Positions 45,630-54,867 of a DNA stretch of 64,000 nt are shown piece after piece (within the stretch, counting starts at the first letter, position 1; each line of letters starts with the position of its first letter). The position numbers and the translations under genes were made by a program. The notes under the pieces are model-generated. The model saw only the letters and a list, made by a program, of their open reading frames with translations. It ran no database searches and was not told where the DNA came from. This DNA is from an uncultured Dehalococcoidales bacterium (GTDB taxonomy: Bacteria > Chloroflexota > Dehalococcoidia > E44-bin15): positions 34,465-98,464 of the forward strand of contig CAZYOO010000001.1 of NCBI GenBank assembly GCA_964649185.1, in the 5' to 3' direction.

Positions 45630-47285
45630 CGTACCGCCGCCACCCCATCGATCCACTTCGAGGTTAAATACCAGGTCGAGGCGTGGCGCCACCTCCTCGA
45701 TGAAGGAGCCCATCTTGAAGCATATCCCGTTCCAGGTAATGCCATCGTCTTTCAGCTTCAGCTTCAGATGCTCCCCCGTCCTCCCCACGGTACGGTAATC
45801 GGTTACCGAGACATCCTTCACCAAGAAAGTGGGGTACGGATTGTCGCGCCCGAAAGGCGCCAGGCGCTGCATCATCCTGTAACCGTCACCCCGGAACGAT
45901 TTGAGAGATACCTCAGCATCTACATCTATGACAGGGGTAATGTCGACGGCTGACAGCTCGCGTCCGGCGATGTGCATCAAACGTTCCCGTAACAGCTCAA
46001 GTCGTTCGGTGGCTACGGTGAAGCCCGCCGCCATCGGATGCCCGCCGAACCGGTGCAGGATATCGCTGCATTCGGCAATGGCATCGACAACGCTGAAGCC
46101 CGCAATGCTGCGCGCGCTGCCCCGGCTCCACTCCTGCCCCTTCTCATACACTATCGCCGGACGGTAGTACGCCTCCACCAACCTGCCGGCAGCCACCCCG
46201 ACGACACCGCTGTGGAAATCCTCCCCACCGACCATGATCAAGGGCACATCCGGCCTGATATCCCCTATCTCCTCCCTCGCTTTCCTGAGTATCTCTTCAG
46301 TGAGTTGCTGCCTCTCCGTGTTCTTTTTGTCCAGTATATCCGCCAGCATGCGGGCCTTATCTAAAGAATCGGTGGACAGCAGGTTGATGCCTACCCCGGC
46401 GTGATCCAGGCGGCCAGCCGCATTGATGCGCGGCGCTAGATACCAGGAGATGATTTCAGCGTCGATCGCTGCGGTGGGCACGCCGGCACATCGTGCCAGT
46501 TCGACTATCCCCGGCCTCGGCATATCATGTATAGCCTCCAGTCCGCGTTTCACCAGATAGCGGTTCTCGCCGAGCAGCGAAACCATGTCCGCCACCGTCC
46601 CCAGGGCCACCAGATCCAGAAACCTGGACATATCGATGTGCTTACCCAGATATTGATACAGCGCCTGCATCAGCTTGAAGGCCACGCCGACGCCGGCCAG
46701 CTCGGTGAAAGGATAGCGGGAATCGGGCATCTTGGCGTCGATAACTGCAACCGCCTCCGGCAGCTGTGGCGGTACGGTATGGTGGTCGGTGACTACGACA
46801 TCCAGGCCTATCCCCTTAGCGGTTTCGACCTCGGGGGCAGCGCTGATCCCGCAATCCACGGTGATCACCAGGGTTACGCCTTCGCTGCGCAGGCGGGCTA
46901 GGGCAGGATCGTTTAGGCCGTAACCCTCCTCGGTGCGGTGGGGGATATAAGGGACTACATCGGCTCCCAGAGAGGACAACCCCTCGACGAGGAGTGTCGT
47001 GGCGGTGACCCCATCCACATCGAAGTCACCGAATACGGCGATATGTTCCCCCGACAGCAAGGCGCGGTAGATGCGGGACACAGCTTTATCCATATCAGGG
47101 AGGAGGAAAGGATCGTTAAGCAGGTTCTGGTCCCCGTCTAGGAATGAATCGATCCCCGCGGCATCGGTGACACCCCTGTTATACAGCAACTGGGCCATCA
47201 GGGGGGTGAGTCCGTTGCCGGAAATCGCAGCAGATTGCCCCTCCGGCATAAGGGGCTTCAATCTCCAACGGCTGTGCTTCACCAC
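45591..47285 (-). CDS. recJ: Single-stranded-DNA-specific exonuclease RecJ
   Basis: DHH and DHHA1 domains (…IAVFGDFDVDGVTATTLL…). Confidence 0.9.
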   Translation of the reverse strand: MVKHSRWRLKPLMPEGQSAAISGNGLTPLMAQLLYNRGVTDAAGIDSFLDGDQNLLNDPFLLPDMDKAVSRIYRALLSGEHIAVFGDFDVDGVTATTLLVEGLSSLGADVVPYIPHRTEEGYGLNDPALARLRSEGVTLVITVDCGISAAPEVETAKGIGLDVVVTDHHTVPPQLPEAVAVIDAKMPDSRYPFTELAGVGVAFKLMQALYQYLGKHIDMSRFLDLVALGTVADMVSLLGENRYLVKRGLEAIHDMPRPGIVELARCAGVPTAAIDAEIISWYLAPRINAAGRLDHAGVGINLLSTDSLDKARMLADILDKKNTERQQLTEEILRKAREEIGDIRPDVPLIMVGGEDFHSGVVGVAAGRLVEAYYRPAIVYEKGQEWSRGSARSIAGFSVVDAIAECSDILHRFGGHPMAAGFTVATERLELLRERLMHIAGRELSAVDITPVIDVDAEVSLKSFRGDGYRMMQRLAPFGRDNPYPTFLVKDVSVTDYRTVGRTGEHLKLKLKDDGITWNGICFKMGSFIEEVAPRLDLVFNLEVDRWGGGGTLQLNVLDFAPSG

Positions 47286-48526
47286 TACTCACCATACTTT
47301 CTAAATATAAGGGTGGAGTTGTGTCCCCCGAAACCGAAGACATTGGATAAGACCGAGTTTATAGATGCCGTGCGAGCGGTATTGGGCACGTAGTCAAGGT
47401 CACAATCCGGGTCCGGGGTGGTGTAGTTTACGGTTGGCGGGATGACCCCGTTCTGGATGGCCAGGACGCAGGCCACCGCCTCTACGGCACCGGCCCCCCC
47501 CAGCAGATGCCCCGTCATCGACTTGGTGGAGCTGACCGGGATACGGTAGGCCTCCGCCCCAAACACCGTCTTTATCGCCGCCGTCTCATTCTTGTCGTTG
47601 AGCGGGGTGGATGTCCCGTGGGCATTTATGTAATCTATGTCGCCCGGCTGCATCCCTGCCTCAGCCAGCGCCGCCTGCATCGCCCTGACCCCTCCCTCCC
47701 CCTTTTCGGCAGGCTGGGTTATGTGATACGCATCGCCGGTCGCGCCATAACCCACTATCTCGGCCAAAATCGTTGCCCCCCGGTCGATGGCATGCTCCAT
47801 ATTCTCCAGTACAAGCACCGCCGCCCCCTCCCCGATCACGAAACCATCCCTGTCCGCATCGAACGGGCGCGAGGCCTTCTGCGGCTCATCGTTCCTGGTG
47901 GAAAGCGCCCTCGCCGCGCAGAAGCCAGCAAAGGCCATATCATTGATGACCGACTCCGCCCCGCCAGCGATCATCGTATCGGCGACCCCCGTTTTAATGA
48001 ACTCGAAGGAAACCCCGATCCCGTCCGCCCCGCTGGCGCAGGCGGAGGTAGTGCAGAAATTGGGCCCCTTGGCCCCCAGCGTGATCGCCACCTGGCCGGA
48101 GGCCATGTCCGGTATCATCATCGGTACCAGGAAGGGGCTTACACGGTCCGGCCCCTTCTCCCTGAGGATGTCATGCTGCCTCAGCAATACATCCAAACCG
48201 CCCATGCCCACGCCGATGATCACGCCGGTGCGCGGGGCGTTGCCGGCATCTATCTTGAACCGGGCGTGCTCCACCGCCTGGATGGCCGACGCTACCGAGA
48301 ACTGAACGAACCGCTCGGTATGCCGCAGCTCCTTCCGATCCATGTACTGGGACGGGTCGAAACCCTTCACCTCGGCAGCGATCCTGCTGTCGAACCCTTC
48401 GGCATCGAACTGGGAGATATCGGAGATGCCGGATCGGCCCGATTTCAACCCTTCCCAGTAAGATTGAATATCCAGCCCCAGGGGCGTTATCGCCCCCATG
48501 CCTGTTATCACTACTCTATTGGCCAA
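47285..48526 (-). CDS. fabF: 3-oxoacyl-[ACP] synthase II
   Basis: 413 aa. The active-site Cys lies in a TTSACASG-like context (…NFCTTSACASGADGIG…) and the two His are present. The start codon is TTG. Confidence 0.9.
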   Translation of the reverse strand: MANRVVITGMGAITPLGLDIQSYWEGLKSGRSGISDISQFDAEGFDSRIAAEVKGFDPSQYMDRKELRHTERFVQFSVASAIQAVEHARFKIDAGNAPRTGVIIGVGMGGLDVLLRQHDILREKGPDRVSPFLVPMMIPDMASGQVAITLGAKGPNFCTTSACASGADGIGVSFEFIKTGVADTMIAGGAESVINDMAFAGFCAARALSTRNDEPQKASRPFDADRDGFVIGEGAAVLVLENMEHAIDRGATILAEIVGYGATGDAYHITQPAEKGEGGVRAMQAALAEAGMQPGDIDYINAHGTSTPLNDKNETAAIKTVFGAEAYRIPVSSTKSMTGHLLGGAGAVEAVACVLAIQNGVIPPTVNYTTPDPDCDLDYVPNTARTASINSVLSNVFGFGGHNSTLIFRKYGE

Positions 48527-48588
48527 GGAGACCCCCTCTTTTCATCGTAATAGTATATCACCTGCGGGCAAAAGTAACCACACTTACA

Positions 48589-48617
48589 TTGACTTTCAAT
48601 AGCTAGAAGCATATAAT
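48589..48617 (+). promoter_or_regulatory. Consensus promoter TTGACT-N17-TATAAT, about 145 nt upstream of the mtaB start
   Basis: TTGACTttcaatagctagaagcaTATAAT. Confidence 0.5.
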
Positions 48618-48759
48618 ACCACAAGGAAGCCAAGAGTCAAAGAGCGAAGTTCAGCCTTCTGTGTGGCGGGGGAGAGACAGCAGGCACCGCTCGCCGAAGC
48701 CTCAAGGACCATGGCTTTGCCAGCTTCTCCCCCACAAACAGGGGACTAATCAACGATTG

Positions 48760-50007
48760 ATGGGCAGGCGCAGCGATACCGTTTCACTTGATACATTAGG
48801 ATGCAAGCTTAATAAGGCGGAGAGCGATTCCCTTGGCAGGAGTCTCGCCGATATTGGATACGAGCTGGTGACGCCGGATGATAACCCCGGCGTTTATATT
48901 TTGAACACCTGCACTGTCACCCACGTTGCCGACCGCAAGTCCCGCCATCTGTTGAGGCTGGCATGCAGGAGGAATCCCAACTGTCTCATCGTGGCCACCG
49001 GCTGCTATGCAGAGCGAGCGCCTCAAGAGCTGGAACGGATGCCGGAGGTCGATCTTGTAATCGGCAATGGCGATAAGGCGCGCCTGCCGGACATGTTGAA
49101 GCAGCAAATGCAAGGGGACGGACCGGGGGCTCGACACCCCCGCCTGCGGCGCACCCGCAGCTTCATCGAGGTGCAGCAGGGCTGCAATCAGTTTTGCTCT
49201 TACTGCATCGTCCCTTACGTCCGGGGCAGGGAGTGCAGCCGTGAAGCCGATGAGGTGGTGAACGACGTCAGGCGGTCAGCAGACGAGGGCTACAGAGAGG
49301 TCGTTCTGACGGGAACGCGAATAGGTTCCTATCGCGGAGGTCTGGGGAGCCTGATCCAGCGCGTACTGGATGAGACCGAAGTGCGGCGGCTGCGGCTCTC
49401 CTCGCTGCAGGCCCCAGAGATAACACCCGATTTGCTCGGCCTGTGGCAGGACAGCCGGCTCTGTCGGCACTTTCACATCCCTCTGCAGAGCGGTAGCGAC
49501 ACGGTGCTGCAACGCATGGGGCGCAGATACACCGCCGCCGACTACCGGCTTGCTGTATGCCAGATAAGAGAGCGGATACCGGATGTAGCGATCACCACCG
49601 ACATAATGGTTGGCTTCCCCGGAGAAACCCCCGAGGAGTTCGCTGAGAGCTACCGGTTCTGTGACCAAACGGCCTTCGCCGGCATACATGTGTTCCAGTA
49701 CTCTGCCAGGCCGGGCACCCGTGCAGCGCATATGGGCGTCACGATAGCTGATAATATCAGGAAGGAGCGCAGCGAGGCGATGCTCCGGCTGGCAAAAATA
49801 ACCTCGTACAATTTCAGGAGCCGTTATATCAGTCGCTATATCGATGTGCTGTGGGAGCAGAGGTCCAGCGGCGGCCTGTGGTCGGGCCTGACCGATAATT
49901 ATATCAAGGCAATAACCCAAAGCGACGAGCACCTGGCGAACAGGTGCCTGCCGGCGAAGGTCTCAGCATGCAGCGCGGATTATGTCACCGCCGAGCTTGT
50001 CTTGTAG
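48760..50007 (+). CDS. mtaB: Radical-SAM methylthiotransferase, MiaB/RimO family (MtaB-like)
   Basis: An N-terminal MTTase domain (VSLDTLGCKLNKAESD), a radical SAM CNQFCSYCIVP motif, and a C-terminal TRAM domain. Confidence 0.75.
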   Translation: MGRRSDTVSLDTLGCKLNKAESDSLGRSLADIGYELVTPDDNPGVYILNTCTVTHVADRKSRHLLRLACRRNPNCLIVATGCYAERAPQELERMPEVDLVIGNGDKARLPDMLKQQMQGDGPGARHPRLRRTRSFIEVQQGCNQFCSYCIVPYVRGRECSREADEVVNDVRRSADEGYREVVLTGTRIGSYRGGLGSLIQRVLDETEVRRLRLSSLQAPEITPDLLGLWQDSRLCRHFHIPLQSGSDTVLQRMGRRYTAADYRLAVCQIRERIPDVAITTDIMVGFPGETPEEFAESYRFCDQTAFAGIHVFQYSARPGTRAAHMGVTIADNIRKERSEAMLRLAKITSYNFRSRYISRYIDVLWEQRSSGGLWSGLTDNYIKAITQSDEHLANRCLPAKVSACSADYVTAELVL

Positions 50008-50055
50008 CCTGACGCCGACCTGTGGGATGGATGTAACCGATTTCGAGCGATCACA

Positions 50056-51300
50056 ATGCTGCAGAAGGTTTCCCTGGCCACCAAAGACATCAGGAAATAC
50101 CGCGGCCTCATCGGCGACGAGCTAATCGATGAGGTAGAGGTACTTGCCCGCGATCTGGAAGGTATAAGGATATGCCACATCAACTCGACGCCTTTCGGCG
50201 GGGGTGTGGCCGAGCTGCTTTTCTCCTACATCCCGCTTATCCGCAGCCTGGGGCTACAGGCCGACTGGCAGATCATCCGCGGCGACCAGCGATTCTTCAC
50301 TATAACCAAGTCCCTTCACAATGCCCTGCAGGGTGCCGAATACCCGTTGCTGGAACAGCAGACCAGGAGGATATTCCTGGCCAACAACCAGAAGAACGCC
50401 CGTGAACTGGACCGCAATTACGATGTCTTCGTGATCAACGACCCGCACCCTGCAGCGCTGCGGCACTTCTGCGATGGGGGCAGTGCCAAGTGGATCTGGC
50501 GTTGCCATATAGACAGCTCCGAGCCTGATGAGGAGACCTGGCAATTTTTGCGCCCCCACATCGAAGAGCACGACGCCGCCATCTTCACCATGGACAAATT
50601 CGTGCCCCACGACCTGAAAGTGCCGAAGATCGCAATAATGCCCCCCTGCATCGATGCCTTAAGCACCAAGAATATGCTGCTGCCGAAAAAAGAGGTGTGC
50701 TCCACCATGGTGGAAAATGCTGGACTGGATCCAGATAGGCCTCTTATTATTCAGGTCTCAAGGTTCGACCGCTGGAAAGACCCGTTCGGTGTAATCGAGG
50801 TCTACAAATTGGCTCGGGAGAGTGTGCCGGGGCTGCAACTGGCGCTGGTAGGATCACTGGCGCATGACGACCCCGAGGGATGGGAGCTTTATGCCGCCAT
50901 CAATAAGGAGGCGGAGAAATATGCCGATATCCAGGTCTTCAGCAATCTCAACGGCATCGGCAATATGGAGGTGAACGCTTTTCAGAGGGCAGCGGATATC
51001 GTGATCCAGAAATCCATAAAGGAAGGTTTCGGGCTGGTGGTCGCCGAAGCGTTGTGGAAGGGCACACCGGTGGTCGCCGGCAACGTGGGGGGCATCCCCA
51101 TGCAGATGGCCGGTATCCTTAGCAACTTCCTGGTGGATACCATAGAGGAATGTGCCGAGAAGGTGGTCTACCTTCTCGAAAACCCGGCCAGCGCCAAAGA
51201 AATCGGTGCGGCCGGCACCGCACACATCAAGGCCAATTTCCTTATGCCTCGTTTGATTAAGGAAGAGCTCTCCCTCATCAAGACGCTGCTTCGAGATTAG
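50056..51300 (+). CDS. treT: GT4-family glycosyltransferase, archaeal-type trehalose synthase TreT-like
   Basis: 414 aa; …RICHINSTPFGGGVAELLFSYIPLIRSLGL… resembles TreT. It has a C-terminal GT1/GT4 core. Confidence 0.5.
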   Translation: MLQKVSLATKDIRKYRGLIGDELIDEVEVLARDLEGIRICHINSTPFGGGVAELLFSYIPLIRSLGLQADWQIIRGDQRFFTITKSLHNALQGAEYPLLEQQTRRIFLANNQKNARELDRNYDVFVINDPHPAALRHFCDGGSAKWIWRCHIDSSEPDEETWQFLRPHIEEHDAAIFTMDKFVPHDLKVPKIAIMPPCIDALSTKNMLLPKKEVCSTMVENAGLDPDRPLIIQVSRFDRWKDPFGVIEVYKLARESVPGLQLALVGSLAHDDPEGWELYAAINKEAEKYADIQVFSNLNGIGNMEVNAFQRAADIVIQKSIKEGFGLVVAEALWKGTPVVAGNVGGIPMQMAGILSNFLVDTIEECAEKVVYLLENPASAKEIGAAGTAHIKANFLMPRLIKEELSLIKTLLRD

Positions 51301-51305
51301 CCTAG

Positions 51306-51335
51306 TTGACATCGTAACTTAAAAAACAGTATCTT
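51306..51335 (+). promoter_or_regulatory. Promoter TTGACA-N18-TATCTT plus an AGGAG RBS for HMGCS-like/thiolase module 1
   Basis: TTGACAtcgtaacttaaaaaacagTATCTT …aaggaaAGGAGtttagATG. Confidence 0.5.
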
Positions 51336-51367
51336 AAATCGGGTATCCGATAAGGAAAGGAGTTTAG

Positions 51368-52807
51368 ATGGTAGGAATCACAGCATACGGAGCATATATA
51401 CCGTGGCATCGTATCAACCGCATGACTATCTACATGTCGATCGGATTCGTCAATCCCGCAGCCATCATGCCGGGCGAGAAGGCGGTGGCCAACTATGATG
51501 AGGACAGTCTCACCATGGCGGTAAATGCGGGGATGGACTGCTTGCAAGGCATGGACCGCAGCAAGATCGACGGTATTTTCATGGCCACAGCCACGGGGCC
51601 ATTCGAGGAGCGGCAAAACGCCGGTATAATATCGACCGCCCTCGACCTCAAGCCTGAATCTAGGACAGCGGATTTTACCGCCTCGGTGAAGTCGGGGACC
51701 ACGGCACTGCTCTCTGCCTGCGACGCGGCAAAGGCCGGGAGCGCCAAAGGCATACTGGTATGTGCGTCGGACTGCCGGCTCGGCCCCGCAGGTAGCTACC
51801 AGGAGGAGATGTACGGCGACGGCGCAGCCGCGCTGCTCATCGGCAAGAACAACGTTATCGCCGAACTGGTAGGCAGCTACTCTATCAGCTACGATTTCAT
51901 CGACCACTGGAGGCTCGATACCGAGCGATTCAACCGCACCGGGGAGGACCGCTTCACCCGCGATGAGGGTTTCAGTAAGTTCATCCCCGAGGCGATATCG
52001 GGACTGATGCAGAAATGCAAGATCGGGCCCGAGGACGTATCCAAGGTGTGCTACCCCTGCATGTACGTGCGGCCTCACGCCAAGATGGGCAGCCAGATGG
52101 GATTCAAGCCCGAGCAGATACAGGACCACATGTTCACCACGGTGGGGTTCACCGGGTCGGCAAACCCCCTGATGATCCTGGTGGCGGCGCTGGAGGATGC
52201 CAAACCGGGCGATAAGATAATAGTCGCCAGCCACGGCAACGGCAGCGATGCCCTGCTGTTCGAGGTCACGTCCGAGATCGAGAAGTTGGCCCCCAGAAAA
52301 GGCATTAAGAAGCACATGGTCCACAGGAAGGACCTCACCAGCTACGATCGGATGGTCACCTTCAACAACGTGCTCACCACGGATGTAGCCGGCCGCGGCG
52401 AGGAGGTCTTCCGCACCTCTACAACCATACTGTGGCGGGACCGCAAAAAGCTCATCGGCCTCATCGGGACCAAATGCAAGAAGTGCAAGACCCCCCAATG
52501 GCCGCCGCAGCGGATATGCATCAATCCCAAATGCGGGGCTATCGATCAGATGGAGGAATACCGCTTCTCCGACAAGCAGGCGCGGCTGTTCACCTATACC
52601 GGGGACATGCTGGCCTACAGCCCAACGCCGCCGGAGCTCTACGGGATGATCGACTTCGAAGGCGGCGGGCGGGCGATATTCAATCTGACCGATTGCGACC
52701 AGGACGAACTTTCAGTCAACATGCTGCTGGAGATGACCTTCCGCAAGCGGTGGGAGTCCCCCGGCTTCGTGGGATATGGCTGGAAGGGAACCCCGGTGCA
52801 GCAGTAA
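51368..52807 (+). CDS. Fusion protein: archaeal-type HMG-CoA-synthase-like condensing enzyme domain plus a C-terminal DUF35 zinc-ribbon/OB-fold domain (paralogue 1)
   Basis: N-terminus MVGITAYGAYIPWHRI…MYGDGAAALLIG…; C-terminus KCKKCKTPQWPPQRICINPKCGA…IDFEGGGRAIF…. Confidence 0.7.
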   Translation: MVGITAYGAYIPWHRINRMTIYMSIGFVNPAAIMPGEKAVANYDEDSLTMAVNAGMDCLQGMDRSKIDGIFMATATGPFEERQNAGIISTALDLKPESRTADFTASVKSGTTALLSACDAAKAGSAKGILVCASDCRLGPAGSYQEEMYGDGAAALLIGKNNVIAELVGSYSISYDFIDHWRLDTERFNRTGEDRFTRDEGFSKFIPEAISGLMQKCKIGPEDVSKVCYPCMYVRPHAKMGSQMGFKPEQIQDHMFTTVGFTGSANPLMILVAALEDAKPGDKIIVASHGNGSDALLFEVTSEIEKLAPRKGIKKHMVHRKDLTSYDRMVTFNNVLTTDVAGRGEEVFRTSTTILWRDRKKLIGLIGTKCKKCKTPQWPPQRICINPKCGAIDQMEEYRFSDKQARLFTYTGDMLAYSPTPPELYGMIDFEGGGRAIFNLTDCDQDELSVNMLLEMTFRKRWESPGFVGYGWKGTPVQQ

Positions 52808-52822
52808 CGAAGGAGATGGACG

Positions 52823-54004
52823 ATGGTAGAAGGCATAAAAGATAAAGTCGCAGTAATCGGAATGGGATGCACCCGGTTCGGTGAGCTGTGGGACATGAGC
52901 GGCCCAGATCTGATGGTCGATGCCTATAAAGAATGCATGGAGGATGCCGGTATCGAGAAGAAGGACATCGACGCAGCATGGTGGTCCGCCCTCTACCCGA
53001 TGCAGGGGCTGAGCGCCATCCAGCTATCTCAGACGCTGAAGCTGCCCTATATACCGGTAACGCATGTGGAGAACCTTTGCGCCAGCGCCACCGAGGCCAT
53101 GCGTGGTGCTGCATACGCCCTGGCATCCAGATGCTGCGATGTAGCGTTGTGTATCGGCGTTGAGAAGCTGAAGGATGTGGGCTACGGGGGTCTCCCCGAC
53201 CTGAGGCCGCCACAGGAGCAGTACTGGGCCGCCAACGCATCCGGCCCCGGCACTTACGCCATGATGGCTACACGCTACTTCTCACGGTACGGGCTCTCCC
53301 CTGAGGAGGGCAAGCGGATGATAGCCAGGGCCACATGGAAGAGCCACCAGAACGGCGCCAAGCACCCCAAGGCCCATCTGAGGAAGGCAGTAGACCTGGA
53401 TGCGATCATAAACGCCCCCATAATCGCCTGGCCGCTGGGGCTGTTCGATTGCTGCGGCGTGTCCGATGGTGCTGCCGCCGCCATCATGGTACGCGCCGAG
53501 GACGCTAAGAAGTACCGCAAGGATCCGGTGTACGTCAAGTCCCTGCAGATTGCGGCCGCCTCCGGCGAGGACATGTGGTACACCGATTACGATTATACCC
53601 ACGCCGAAACCGGCTTCCGCGCCGGTCAGCGCGCTTACGCCGAGGCAGGCATCAAGAACCCGCGTGAGGAGCTGAGCATCGCCGAGGTTCACGATTGCTT
53701 CTCTATCACCGAAGCGGTCACCATGGAAGACCTCCAGTTCAGCCCGCGCGGCAAAGTGCGAGCGGATATCGAGTCCGGATTCTTCGACCTCGACGGCAAG
53801 CTCCCGGTGAACTCCGACGGCGGCCTCAAATGCTTCGGCCACCCGGTGGGTGCCTCCGGCCTGCGCATGGCGTATGAGGTGTACAAGCAGATGCAGGGCA
53901 AATGCGGCGAGCGGCAGCTCAAGAACCCCAAGCTGGGACTGACCCACAATATGGGCGGCTATCCCCCGTGGAGCATTGTCGGGGTCGCCATAATGGGACT
54001 CTAA
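52823..54004 (+). CDS. Thiolase (SCP-x/archaeal-type acetyl-CoA C-acyltransferase-like), paralogue 1
   Basis: 393 aa with VENLCASATEAM (Cys nucleophile), …EVHDCFSITE… and GHPVGASGLRM. Confidence 0.8.
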   Translation: MVEGIKDKVAVIGMGCTRFGELWDMSGPDLMVDAYKECMEDAGIEKKDIDAAWWSALYPMQGLSAIQLSQTLKLPYIPVTHVENLCASATEAMRGAAYALASRCCDVALCIGVEKLKDVGYGGLPDLRPPQEQYWAANASGPGTYAMMATRYFSRYGLSPEEGKRMIARATWKSHQNGAKHPKAHLRKAVDLDAIINAPIIAWPLGLFDCCGVSDGAAAAIMVRAEDAKKYRKDPVYVKSLQIAAASGEDMWYTDYDYTHAETGFRAGQRAYAEAGIKNPREELSIAEVHDCFSITEAVTMEDLQFSPRGKVRADIESGFFDLDGKLPVNSDGGLKCFGHPVGASGLRMAYEVYKQMQGKCGERQLKNPKLGLTHNMGGYPPWSIVGVAIMGL

Positions 54005-54013
54005 ACTGACGAT

Positions 54014-54045
54014 CGAGGGCCCGTTGACCTGTTGACGGGCCCTCG
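54014..54045 (+). terminator. Perfect 10-bp GC-rich hairpin (CGAGGGCCCG…CGGGCCCTCG, 12-nt loop) immediately after thiolase 1; no U-tract
   Basis: Seen directly. Confidence 0.35.
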
Positions 54046-54067
54046 TCATATCCAAGGATGGCTCTAT

Positions 54068-54619
54068 ATGGAACGCACCATCGGCAGGACCAGGTTAGCC
54101 CTTGTTCAAGGAGACATCACCATGCAGGATACCGATGCCATCGTCAATGCGGCCAACTCCAGCCTCATGGGTGGTGGTGGTGTTGACGGGGCAATCCACC
54201 GTGCCGGTGGTCCGGCTATATTGGAGGAGTGCAAGCGAATCGTAGAGCGGCAGGGGCGTCTGCCCACCGGCGAGGCGGTGATAACGACCGGCGGTAATAT
54301 GCAGGCCAGGCACGTTATCCACACTGTGGGGCCGGTGTGGCACGGAGGCCAAAAGGGCGAGCCTAAGCTACTGGCGAAAGCTTATCGCCACAGCCTAGAA
54401 GCGGCGATCGCCAATAACTTAAAAAGCGTCTCCTTCCCATCGATAAGCACCGGCGTTTACGGGTATCCGGTGGAGCTCGCTGCCGGAGTGGCGCTGGGGA
54501 CGGTCATCGATTTCCTGCGCCGAAACGATTCACTTGATGAGGTCTTCTTCGTCCTTTTCGACGACAGGACATATAACGCTTACGCACAAGCTCTTGAATC
54601 GCTGGTTCCCGATGACTGA
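54068..54619 (+). CDS. Macro-domain protein (O-acetyl-ADP-ribose deacetylase, YmdB-like)
   Basis: LALVQGDITMQDTDAIVNAANSSLMGGGGVDGAIHRAGG… The ATG at 54068 is preferred over the upstream TTG. Confidence 0.8.
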   Translation: MERTIGRTRLALVQGDITMQDTDAIVNAANSSLMGGGGVDGAIHRAGGPAILEECKRIVERQGRLPTGEAVITTGGNMQARHVIHTVGPVWHGGQKGEPKLLAKAYRHSLEAAIANNLKSVSFPSISTGVYGYPVELAAGVALGTVIDFLRRNDSLDEVFFVLFDDRTYNAYAQALESLVPDD

Positions 54620-54687
54620 TCATCATCCGCTCTCGGACCGGACATCTTGTATCGGTTATTTACAGGTGCTACAATCAAACGTAAAAG

Positions 54688-54760
<73 letters not shown>

Positions 54761-54867
54761 CTTTCACTCGTAGAGGGGCAAATGATGGGGGAACCCTCCC
54801 GTCTACCTTCAAGATCCCATCCCAAGATAGGCGACCGGTTACTGCCCGTTTATAAGGATTCACCCCC

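Noticed and set aside
54014-54045. Hairpin after thiolase 1 as a classic rho-independent terminator
   Set aside because: It is a perfect 10-bp stem but has no downstream U-tract. It is kept as a low-confidence terminator or RNA-stability element only.
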